Of a DNA stretch of 64,000 nucleotides, positions 8,894-17,132 are shown piece after piece (the first letter of the stretch is position 1; every line of letters begins with the position of its first letter). The translations under genes were made by a program, and so were the position numbers. The notes below the pieces were generated by a model that saw only the letters and a list, made by a program, of their open reading frames with translations, was not told the DNA's origin and made no database searches. The stretch covers positions 136,627 through 200,626 of the forward strand of contig CAZLDI010000003.1 in NCBI GenBank assembly GCA_964558415.1, given 5' to 3'. Origin of the DNA: an uncultured Dehalococcoidia bacterium. Its GTDB lineage: Bacteria; Chloroflexota; Dehalococcoidia; SM23-28-2; RBG-16-64-32.

Positions 8894-9979
8894 ATGGCTA
8901 TCGATGTTGACGTACTGCAGAAGCTGAGCACTGAGGAGGACCTGCCCGAGCTTGACCTGAGCTGGCTGCGTCCGGACGACCACGAGAAGGTGGAGCGCGT
9001 CACGGCCGGCCGCCGCGGGATGACGCTGGACGAGATCGAGCGCGGGCGCGAGGTGCCTGCGCACGTGAGCGCCAACACCATCCGCCCCCGCGACGCGCGC
9101 GAGCGGCCCGACGCGCCGCGCACCGGCCAGTACTACTCGGATAAGGCGGACGTGTGGTCGGACAACTCGCGGCTGCTGTACGAGGAGGCGGTCCAGCGCC
9201 AGTGGTCTTCGGCCACGGACATCCCCTGGCACACGATCGAGCCGCTGCCGGACGACCTGGAGCGCGCGATGTGCCAGCTCTGCACCTTCTTGACCGAGGT
9301 CGAGTTCATCGCCGGGGACGCGCCGGCGCAGTGGCTGCGCAAGATCCCGAACGACTACTACGAGACGAAGCTGTTCCTCCTTACGCAGATCATGGATGAG
9401 GCGCGCCACCTGGATGTCTTCCGCAAGCGCGCCTTCGCCAACGGCGGCGGGCTGCTCTCCGAGAGCCAGTCCGGCCCCTCTCTGCGCATCATCCTGGACG
9501 CGAAGGACTTCACCGAGATGTCCGCGATCATGCACGTCTTCGCGGAGGGGTTCGTGCAGAGCCTCTTCCGCACCGGCGAACTGGTCTCCTTCAACGAGGC
9601 AGAGAAGACGATCTACCGTCTCTGCGCGCAGGACGAGTCACGGCACCTGGGCTTCGGCGTGATGCACCTGAAGTACATCCTGGAGAACGAGCCGGAGCGC
9701 CGGGAGGAGCTGCACCACTACCTTGACCAGGTCGAGGGCCCGCTCTCGCTGGACATCACGCAGGGGATCAGTGCCACGACGCCCTTCTTCGACGAGGCGG
9801 TGATGATCCTGGCCGGCGGCGGGCTGAAGAACGTCGACGTGGGGATGCAGAAGCTGATGGACATCCGCAAGAAGCAGGTGAACGAGTACATGCACCGCCT
9901 CGAGGTCGCCGGCCTCGGCGACCGCCGCGACCGCATGAACCCGTTCTTCCGCTCGCTGCTGGACCCGCCGCGGAATTAG
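8894..9979 (+). CDS. Ferritin-like diiron-carboxylate protein, ligand-complete (candidate catalytic alpha subunit; acyl-ACP-desaturase-like motif spacing)
   Basis: TEVE...MDEARH...FAEG...QDESRH gives E/ExxH/E/ExxH with spacings of about 35/49/31 residues. The start is placed at the ATG after a GGAGG-like site; the ORF track gives 8822. Confidence 0.55.
   Translation: MAIDVDVLQKLSTEEDLPELDLSWLRPDDHEKVERVTAGRRGMTLDEIERGREVPAHVSANTIRPRDARERPDAPRTGQYYSDKADVWSDNSRLLYEEAVQRQWSSATDIPWHTIEPLPDDLERAMCQLCTFLTEVEFIAGDAPAQWLRKIPNDYYETKLFLLTQIMDEARHLDVFRKRAFANGGGLLSESQSGPSLRIILDAKDFTEMSAIMHVFAEGFVQSLFRTGELVSFNEAEKTIYRLCAQDESRHLGFGVMHLKYILENEPERREELHHYLDQVEGPLSLDITQGISATTPFFDEAVMILAGGGLKNVDVGMQKLMDIRKKQVNEYMHRLEVAGLGDRRDRMNPFFRSLLDPPRN
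9949..9979. repeat. Direct repeat copy 1 (CCGCTCGCTGCTGGACCCGCCGCGGAATTAG) encoding the C-terminus RSLLDPPRN*
   Basis: It matches 10421-10451 at 31 of 33 positions, and both mismatches are synonymous. Confidence 0.8.
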
Positions 9980-10112
9980 GGCGGGCGATCCGCGCCCAAT
10001 ACTTTTCGACGAATCGCCCAGATGCGCCTAAGCTTCGACACGCCCACCGCGGATGGAATCAATGCGCGTCGCAAGTATTCTGTGATAACACGTATCGTAT
10101 GATAGGTAGGCT

Positions 10113-10451
10113 ATGAGTTTCGGTGAGTTGTTGGCCGTTGTTCTAGTTTACGGCACCCCTTTGGGCGTCTCCCTTGTTGTTGGCTACCGCGTGAGTCGGC
10201 TTCTACCGCAGCGGATACTTGGCGCCCTGGCAAGCGGGTTAGCTGCTCTCGCTGCGTACACGCTGTTCATTGCAGCGTTAGCGATCATCATTGACGTTAC
10301 CACTGAGGACACCGGTGATTTCCCGCAATGGTTCTACGTGGCCTCAATACTCGTGCTAGCCTCTCTGCCCCTCTTCCTTGCAGGGACGGTCGTGGGATGG
10401 TTCGGAGCGAAGCGAAGTCACCGCTCGCTGCTCGACCCGCCGCGGAACTAG
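10113..10451 (+). CDS. Small hydrophobic membrane protein (3 predicted TM) inside a lower-GC insertion
   Basis: It is a 112-aa ORF with hydrophobic segments. It lies in a roughly 470-bp segment whose GC is clearly below the surroundings, and its last 10 codons come from the direct repeat. Confidence 0.45.
   Translation: MSFGELLAVVLVYGTPLGVSLVVGYRVSRLLPQRILGALASGLAALAAYTLFIAALAIIIDVTTEDTGDFPQWFYVASILVLASLPLFLAGTVVGWFGAKRSHRSLLDPPRN
10421..10451. repeat. Direct repeat copy 2
   Basis: See copy 1. Confidence 0.8.
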
Positions 10452-10618
10452 GGGATAGGTCGGAATGGTTCGGCCAGCCCGCTATGGCCTAGGCCTTCAA
10501 TTCCTTAGCGCCCGCTAAGTTACCCCCTTGACTCGCGCGTCGCCCTGTGGCTAAATGAGGGATGCTCTCCCCGCGAAGGGGGCGCGAATCCCGGTCCTGA
10601 CCAGAAGGAGAACCGCCC

Positions 10619-12049
10619 ATGGCTGAAACAGCCACCGACATCCCCGCGGACCTGGCGCAAGTCGCCGAGGAGAAGGGCATCCCGCCGGACCTCGTGCGCC
10701 GCGCGCTGGCGCTCGGCTTCCCCGCAGATGCGATCAAGATGCAGCTCAGCCAGCCCGACGCCAGCGCCGAAGCCGCCGAGCTGTTCATCAGCGAGCAGGA
10801 GCGCATCCGCGCCGGCGGCGAGATCACGCTGTCACCGGAGCTGGCTGAGCTCGCGCGCGAACACGACTGGCCGGAGGCGCTCGTGAAACGCGCGCTGAAG
10901 CTGGGCGCGCCGGTGGAGATGATCACGAACCAGATCAAGGCCGGCGTGCGGCCCGACCAGGCGGAAGGCTTCATCCGCCAGCAGGAGATCGCGCGCGACC
11001 AGGGGGTTGAGGCGACGCTGGACCTCTCCTGGATGCATGTCCCGACGGAGTGGGGGATACGGGTGCGCCCGGGCAAGAGGGGCCTCACCGTCGGCATGCT
11101 GAACGTCAGCACCTATGCGGACATCCCTGATTTCTGGCCCCACCAGAGCGAGATGCCGCGCGGCGCCTACCCGCTGCCCGGCGTGCCCGCGATGGGCTAC
11201 AGCATCTACGAGAAGGCGGAGCTGTGGTCCGAGAACTCCGCGGACCTCTACGAAGAAGCGATCCAGCGGCGCTGGCGGCCCTCCACCGACGTCAACTGGA
11301 ACAGCATCGAGCCGCTGCCGGATGTGATCGAGAAGGCGATGTGCCAGCTCTGCACCTTTCTCTGCGAGAAGGGGCTCCTGGAAGGCGACATCGTCGGGCG
11401 CTGGCTGCCGGAGATGTCTTACGGCTACCACGAGGTCAAGCTCTACCTTTCGACCGCGGCGTTCGACTACGCGCACCAGTTCGAGGTGTTCCGCAAGCGC
11501 GCGATGAGCAACGGCGGCGGCATGGGCCTCCAGAGCCCCGGCTACTTCCACCGCGCGATCATCGACGCGCGCGCCTGGACGGAGACGTCCGTGCTCTCCC
11601 ACATCCTCTCGAACAGCCATGTGATGGGGCTTTACGAGATCGGTCTCTACGTGGCGCACAACGAGGCGGAGCACCAGATCTTCAGCTACTGCATGCAGGA
11701 CACCGCGCGCCAGATCGCCTACGGCATTCAGCACCTCAAGTACTTCCTGCTGCGCCACGACGCACGGCGCCCTGAGGTCCAGAACTACCTGAACAAAGGC
11801 GAAGCGGTGTTCAACTTCGAGTCGGAGCGCGACACGCCGATCCGAGAGGCGCTGATCATCCTGCTGGGCGGCGGCATCGAGAAGGACCAGCTTCTGGACG
11901 GAACGCGCAAGCTGGAGTACTTTAAGCAGCGCTGGGTGCGCGCCTACGTGTCGCGTCTGGCAGCCGGGGGCATAGACCGCGCGGATAAGCTGCACCCGTC
12001 CCTCAAGAAATACGTCGACGAGCCGGCGGCGGCCCAGGCCGCAGCATAA
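10619..12049 (+). CDS. Ferritin-like paralog lacking all diiron ligands (candidate structural beta subunit) with an N-terminal tandem-repeat helical domain
   Basis: It is a clear paralog of the 8894-9979 protein (shared blocks LYEEA[IV]QR, SIEPLPD, AMCQLCTFL, VFRKRA.NGGG, HLKY). The ExxH sites are replaced (DYAHQ, QDTARQ) and the carboxylates are replaced (SNS). Two ~45-aa N-terminal repeats have the pattern (IP.DLVrRALaLGfP). AAGGAG sits 8 nt before the ATG. Confidence 0.55.
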   Translation: MAETATDIPADLAQVAEEKGIPPDLVRRALALGFPADAIKMQLSQPDASAEAAELFISEQERIRAGGEITLSPELAELAREHDWPEALVKRALKLGAPVEMITNQIKAGVRPDQAEGFIRQQEIARDQGVEATLDLSWMHVPTEWGIRVRPGKRGLTVGMLNVSTYADIPDFWPHQSEMPRGAYPLPGVPAMGYSIYEKAELWSENSADLYEEAIQRRWRPSTDVNWNSIEPLPDVIEKAMCQLCTFLCEKGLLEGDIVGRWLPEMSYGYHEVKLYLSTAAFDYAHQFEVFRKRAMSNGGGMGLQSPGYFHRAIIDARAWTETSVLSHILSNSHVMGLYEIGLYVAHNEAEHQIFSYCMQDTARQIAYGIQHLKYFLLRHDARRPEVQNYLNKGEAVFNFESERDTPIREALIILLGGGIEKDQLLDGTRKLEYFKQRWVRAYVSRLAAGGIDRADKLHPSLKKYVDEPAAAQAAA

Positions 12050-12070
12050 GCGAGAACAGGAGATCTCCCA

Positions 12071-12520
12071 ATGACACAAGACGTTAAGGTCAAGGCCACG
12101 TTCCCCTCCGTGGAGTGGTTCAACGCGATCAAAGACCTGATCAACATAGACCCCGCGTACAAGCACTTCGGGACCTGCGACTCCACCGTCGGCCTCAAGA
12201 TACCGGAGCTGGAGAAGTACTTTCTCCTCACGTTCGAGGCGTTCGAAATCACGGACATCCGCGAGGTCAGCGACCGGGATGCGGAGAACACGGACTTCTG
12301 GATGGAGATGTCCTACGCGCGCTGGAAAGAGATGATCCAGAACATCAAGGACAATGGCAAGGCGGACCTCCATCACACCCTGAACACGATCGACCTCGAG
12401 GAGCCGGAGGGCCTGGCGCGTTCGAACGACGGTTACCGGCGCGACGCCTTCTACCGCTTCAACCAGTCTTACCAGCAGTACTTCGACACATCTGCGAAGA
12501 TCGACACCACCTTCCTGTAG
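12071..12520 (+). CDS. Small soluble protein, possibly SCP2 sterol-carrier-like
   Basis: It is a 149-aa ORF starting 21 nt after the beta-like gene. The SCP2 resemblance (DFWMEMSYARWKEMIQN.KDNGKADL) is weak. Confidence 0.4.
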   Translation: MTQDVKVKATFPSVEWFNAIKDLINIDPAYKHFGTCDSTVGLKIPELEKYFLLTFEAFEITDIREVSDRDAENTDFWMEMSYARWKEMIQNIKDNGKADLHHTLNTIDLEEPEGLARSNDGYRRDAFYRFNQSYQQYFDTSAKIDTTFL

Positions 12521-12548
12521 GGCGGTTTACATGGCATCGCTCGCAGGG

Positions 12549-12572
12549 GCGGCCCTTTGTGGCCGCCCTGCC
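12549..12572 (+). terminator. GC-rich hairpin after the SCP2-like gene
   Basis: A GGGCGGCC-ctttgt-GGCCGCCC 8-bp stem is present, with no clear U-tract. Confidence 0.35.
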
Positions 12573-12615
12573 CGTCTATCGCTAACCTCGCACATGATGG
12601 ACCGCGCGGGAACCC

Positions 12616-13578
12616 ATGCCTGACCGTCACCCGGGCATCCGGCAGATATCGATGCCCATCCCCTTCCCGCTGGCGGGCGTGCATTCGTACCTGATCGAGA
12701 CGGGAGACGGCTTCGCGATGGTCGACGCCGGCTTCCCCTCCGAAGAGGCGCTCGCCCGAATGCAGGCCGGCATCCGCGAGATCTGCGGCGGCCCGGAGAA
12801 GATTCGGACCGTATTCATCACCCACTATCACCCGGACCACTGCGGCCTCGCGGGCTGGCTGGAAGCGCGCGGCGCCCAGATCGTGCTGCACGAACGCGAC
12901 TGGTCGCAGGTGCAGTCGATCACGTCCAACGCGCCGCCGAAGCCCGAGGACTACGGCGGCGCAACCGTGGCCGCGATGGCGACGGCGACCAACTTCTCCT
13001 TCGAAGAGATGCGCAGCCAGGTCCAGCGCGTGCGTTACCCCGTGGAGAGCCCGCAGCTGGTGCGCGGCGGCGAGACGATCAGCGTGGGCGGCCGCGAGTT
13101 CAAGATGGTCTGGACGCCCGGTCACACGGAGGGCCATCTCTGCATCCTGGACAGCGCCGAGGACTTACTGTTCTCAGGCGATCACATGCTCGCGCGGATC
13201 ACGCCCCACATCGGCATGTGGCACAGCAACGACGGCGACAGCCCCCTGCACAAGTTCGAGGAATCGCTGGCGCTGATCGAGCAGCTCAACCCGGCCCGCG
13301 CGCTACCGGCCCACGAAGGGCCGATCGAGAACGTGGCCGAGCGGGCGCGCGACCTGATCCGCCACCACGAAGAGCGCCGCACGCGCGTGCTGGAAGCGAT
13401 GGCCGGCCCGCCACGCCCGGCGCTGGACATCGCCCAGACCGTCTTCAAGGGCCGCGAAGGCCCGATGCAGACGTTCCTGGCCCTCTCGGAGACCCTCGCG
13501 CACCTGGACGCCCTGACTCGTGAGGGGCTGGTGGTGCGCGAAGAAGGCCCCGAGCCGGCGTTATACCGTTTGGCGTAG
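12616..13578 (+). CDS. MBL-fold metallo-hydrolase
   Basis: The HYHPDH (HxHxDH) motif is present in a 320-aa protein. Confidence 0.8.
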   Translation: MPDRHPGIRQISMPIPFPLAGVHSYLIETGDGFAMVDAGFPSEEALARMQAGIREICGGPEKIRTVFITHYHPDHCGLAGWLEARGAQIVLHERDWSQVQSITSNAPPKPEDYGGATVAAMATATNFSFEEMRSQVQRVRYPVESPQLVRGGETISVGGREFKMVWTPGHTEGHLCILDSAEDLLFSGDHMLARITPHIGMWHSNDGDSPLHKFEESLALIEQLNPARALPAHEGPIENVAERARDLIRHHEERRTRVLEAMAGPPRPALDIAQTVFKGREGPMQTFLALSETLAHLDALTREGLVVREEGPEPALYRLA

Positions 13579-13611
13579 AGGCGGCCCGCCTGGCCGTCCA
13601 ACCCTCGTCCC

Positions 13612-14424
13612 CTAGCGGAACTCCACGCGCGGGCGGAACCGCTCCTCCGCGCGCGCCACGAGCTCCTCCGCGAGCGCGCTTGCGCCGCGCGATAGCAGTT
13701 GCTGCAGGAGCGGCCGCCGCGGCCGCACGTACTGGAGACGGCGTGGCACGCGGCCCATCTCGCTGGCCATGTCGATCGCGGCCTCCACATCACCCAGCTC
13801 GTCGATCAGGCCCAGCTCTTTCGCCTTCGTGGCCGTGTACATCTCTCCGGTGGCGTACTCGCGCACGACCTCGGACGGCAGGTTGCGCGCCTTCGCAACG
13901 GCGTCGACGAACCAGCCGTAGTATTCGTCGGTCAGCGCCTCCACCTTCTGCTTCTCCTCGTCGCTGGGCTCGCGCCATGGCTGGAACATCGCCTTCAGCC
14001 GGCCCTGGTGGGTGACCACCATCTTCACGCCGACCTTCTCCATCAGCTCCTGCACTACCGGTCGTGTGAAAATGACGCCGATCGATCCCACCAGCGCCGT
14101 CGGCAGCGCCACGACCTTGGACGCCCCGCAGGCGATCAGATAGCCCCCCGAAAGCCCCGCGCTCATCACGAACGCCACGGTCGGCTTCCGCGCGGAGAGA
14201 CGCTGCAGCCCGCGGAAGATCGCGTCGGACACGCTCGCTGACCCGCCGGGCGAGTCGATCTCGACGACGACCGCGCGAATGCGCGCGTCGTCTCGCAACG
14301 CCTTCAGCATGCGCACGGTCTCTGGCCCGCGCACCTGTGCGCCGATCGCTCCGGTGATCTCCACGACCGCAATGCGCGGCCGCGACCAGGGGAGGTTAAG
14401 GCGGGCCGGATCGATGACTTCCAT
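13612..14424 (-). CDS. sppA: Signal peptide peptidase SppA (S49 family, 36K type)
   Basis: The VVEIDSPGGSASVSD and SAGLSGGYLIA S49 motifs are present. Confidence 0.85.
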   Translation of the reverse strand: MEVIDPARLNLPWSRPRIAVVEITGAIGAQVRGPETVRMLKALRDDARIRAVVVEIDSPGGSASVSDAIFRGLQRLSARKPTVAFVMSAGLSGGYLIACGASKVVALPTALVGSIGVIFTRPVVQELMEKVGVKMVVTHQGRLKAMFQPWREPSDEEKQKVEALTDEYYGWFVDAVAKARNLPSEVVREYATGEMYTATKAKELGLIDELGDVEAAIDMASEMGRVPRRLQYVRPRRPLLQQLLSRGASALAEELVARAEERFRPRVEFR

Positions 14425-14491
14425 GCCGTCAGTGTAGGGATAGACGTTCAGGTCTGTCCACAGGAACTGCTACTTCGCCCGGGCGCTAACC

Positions 14492-14968
14492 TTATTCGGC
14501 CAACGCGTCCAGCTCGCGAAGCGTCTCGTCGATCGTGGGGATCTCCCATTGCTGCCAGCCCAGATACGTATAGCGCACAATCCCCTTCGCGTCGATGATG
14601 AACAACGCCGGTCGCTGGCCGAGCGAGACCATCGCGCTCTTCACGTCGTACAGGCGGTACACCTCGCGCTCCGGGTCAGGCAGGCAGGGGAACGGCATGT
14701 CGTTTCGCTCGAAGTAAGCCCGCGCGCCCTCAAGCGTGTCGACTGCCAGCGCGAGCACCCGCGCGCCGCGCTCCTCGAAGTCCGCATATCGGTCCCGCAA
14801 CTGCGAGAGATGCCGCCGGCAGAACGGTCAGCCGAAGCCCCGCAGGAACACCAGCACCACCGGCCGCCCGCGCAGCGCCGACAGCCGGACCTGCGTTCCG
14901 TCGGTCGCGGTCAACTCGAAGTCCGGCGCCTCGGACCCGGTCTGGACGGCGTCGCTCGAGACTGGCAT
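14492..14968 (-). CDS. AhpC/TSA-redoxin (peroxiredoxin-like thiol-disulfide oxidoreductase) with one in-frame TGA at 14828-14830, either selenocysteine (UxxC) or a nonsense pseudogene
   Basis: ORFs 14828-15025 and 14492-14800 are in the same frame and together read ...[66 protein letters not shown].... The stop falls exactly where the first Cys of a CPFC redox motif is expected. The start is chosen at MPVSS (14968). Confidence 0.55.
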
Positions 14969-15036
14969 GGCGCGTCCGATTCTAGGGCAGTCGCCGAGCG
15001 GCGTCAAACGAACGCGTGCTATCATCTAGCCGCGTT

Positions 15037-16177
15037 GCGCATCATCATTTTTACGGGCCGAGGCGGCAGTGGCGTCAGCACGCTCGCCGCCGCCACCGCC
15101 GTCGCGATCGCCGGCGGTGGGCAGCGGACACTCGCGTTCGGCCTCGGCCCCGGCCTCGGTGCGGTGCTGGGCGAGCTGCTCTCGCACGAGCCGAAGGCCG
15201 TTGCGAAGGGGTTGGACGCCGCTGAGGGCGGCCACCGCTACGACGCCCCGGACGAGTTCCGCGACTGGCTCGGCGACCTGCTGGACTGGCGCGGGATGCA
15301 GGCGGAGCTGGCGGAAGACCTGGCGGCGCTGCCCGGCATGAACCACGTCGGCCGGCTGCTGGACCTTGAGGAACGCGTGAGCGGCGCCCGCTACGACTGC
15401 ATCGTCGTCGACGGCGCGCCTCTCGACCAGTTCCTCGGCCTCCCCCCCGGTCTCGAAGCGGCCGCGCGCTGGCTCGAGCGCCTGTTCGCCCCCCGCGAGC
15501 AGAGCGTCTTCGAGCCGTTCATCCGCGTCTTCGCCGGCGACTACGCGGAGACCGGCGAGGAGGTCTTCGACCGCGGACGCGAGCTGCTGACGCGCCTCGC
15601 GCAGGTCCGGCAGACGCTCGTCGATTCGGATATTTGCTCGGTGCGGGTAGTGCTGCCGCCGGACGGCGACGCCCTCGCTAGCGCGCGGGGCGCGCTGTCC
15701 GCTCTCAGTCTGTTCTCCTTCGCCACCGATGCCCTGCTGCTTTCACCGGCACTGCCCGCCCCGGTCAAAGACCCTTTCTTCGCCGGACGCCTCGCTGATC
15801 AAGAACAGGCGACGAAGGGCCTCGCGGCGCTGGTCAAGCCGATGCCCGTGCTGACGTCGACGCTATCGCCGCGCCCGCCGCGCGGCGCATCCGCGCTCGC
15901 CGATCTGGCCGCTGCGGTCTATGGCAGCCGTGCGTCTACCGACGTGCTGCACCGGGGCGACGCGCACTCCGTCTCGCGAGAAGGCGGCCGCTATGTGCTG
16001 TCCGTGGTTCTCCCGTTCGCGCGCAAGGACGACCTGAGCCTGGAGCAAGGCGACGACGGCGTGGCGGTGCACCTGAACGGCCGCCGCGCGGTGTTCCCCC
16101 TGCCGGAGGAAGCGCGCCACCAGCAGGCCGTCGCCTGGACGTTCGAGCCGCCGGTGCTGCGGGTGACGTTCGGGTAG
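15037..16177 (+). CDS. ArsA/GET3-family ATPase-like protein with a degenerate Walker A and a C-terminal ArsA_HSP20-like domain
   Basis: The N-terminus reads IIIFTGRGGSGVST (canonical ArsA is GKGGVGKTT) and ArsA-family blocks follow (YDCIVVDGAP). A C-terminal beta-sandwich-like segment is present. TTG at 15037 is the first possible start, and the long upstream ORF extension is antisense to the redoxin gene. Confidence 0.55.
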
Positions 16178-16248
16178 GGGCCGCGCGGCGGGCCCCTGAG
16201 ACTAAGCTATAATGAGAATCGTCACAGTAAGGAACAGGAGACTCGCGA

Positions 16249-16434
16249 ATGCAACAGGCAATTGGGGAGAACATTTCTATCGTGCGCGTGCTGAGGGACT
16301 ACAAGCAGGTGGAGGTGGGTTTACTTGCTCGTCTGCTGGGTCGCCAGCAGAGCGACATCGAGGATGAACTACGGGTCCTTCAGGGTGTCGGCGTCGTAGA
16401 GCGAGACGGGGACAACGTCGCCCTCGCCAAATGA
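16249..16434 (+). CDS. Small (61 aa) protein, possibly a winged helix-turn-helix
   Basis: It has the pattern LARLLGRQQSDIEDELRVLQGVGVVER and sits in a region whose GC (about 45-55%) is below the flanks. Confidence 0.4.
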   Translation: MQQAIGENISIVRVLRDYKQVEVGLLARLLGRQQSDIEDELRVLQGVGVVERDGDNVALAK

Positions 16435-17033
16435 CGGTAGGGGCTGCCTTCCTTGCTTTCGGAATAGCCGCCGTTGTCACCCTGGTCGAGCTACTTACCT
16501 CGAATTACCCCCGAACGGCCGTCTTTCTTCAAAAGTCCTGGTCCCTCTATTCCATAGCGGCGATTTATGGCCTGATCGCCTTTGGTGCTCTTGTTGGCCT
16601 CGATGAACTGACAAGCAGCGATACGCTGAAGCTGGAGGGCCTCGGACTGTCAAGCGTTTGGGTACAGGCGATCGTCGTCGGCCTGTCGACAAAGGCGCTG
16701 CTACACGTGCGCTTGTTCAATGTAACCGTTGGCGCGCAGGCGTTCCCGATCGGTATCGAGTCGTTGGTGCAGCTATTCGAGCCCTGGCTCCTTCGCACCA
16801 TCACGGTCGATGAGTGGAACTCCGTGATGCACTATCTGGCGCCCCGTGCGAAGAAATATCCGGACCTGCCGAGCGTTAAACAGGCGATGAAGGACAATCT
16901 TCCGAGCAGGTTTCCGGATGCGGAAAGGACGGCCTTCGCACTCGACTTAGACAGGGCGACGGCCGTGGAACAGGCTATGGACCTGTATATCCGTTTCGTT
17001 GGTAGAACAGCCTTCGAGCGCGTCTTTCCGTAA
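16431..17033 (+). CDS. Membrane protein (3 N-terminal TM plus a soluble C-terminal domain), function unknown
   Basis: Its start overlaps the upstream stop (ATGA), implying translational coupling. It is 200 aa and lies in the same lower-GC region. Confidence 0.45.
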   Translation: MTVGAAFLAFGIAAVVTLVELLTSNYPRTAVFLQKSWSLYSIAAIYGLIAFGALVGLDELTSSDTLKLEGLGLSSVWVQAIVVGLSTKALLHVRLFNVTVGAQAFPIGIESLVQLFEPWLLRTITVDEWNSVMHYLAPRAKKYPDLPSVKQAMKDNLPSRFPDAERTAFALDLDRATAVEQAMDLYIRFVGRTAFERVFP

Positions 17034-17132
17034 ATGTAGACAGCCCGTGGGCTTGCGGGGCTGGACCGCCAAGTTCTGTACGCAAGCCGGCTGGCGTACA
17101 GAAGAAGACCCCGGCCTACGCCGCCGGCCCGC

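Noticed and set aside
10832-12376. 514-aa minus-strand ORF antisense to the beta-like diiron paralog
   Set aside because: It is entirely antisense to a gene with a strong paralog-supported reading frame, and it has an Arg/Leu/Val-rich artefactual composition.
14549-15036. Upstream 160-codon extension of the ArsA-like ORF
   Set aside because: It is antisense to the conserved redoxin gene. The P-loop must be N-terminal, so TTG 15037 was taken as the start.
17076-17101. Hairpin CTGTACGC-N10-GCGTACAG as a bidirectional terminator between the membrane-protein gene and plsC
   Set aside because: The stem is only 8 bp and no U-tract lies on either strand. It is kept only as a note within the low-GC island finding.
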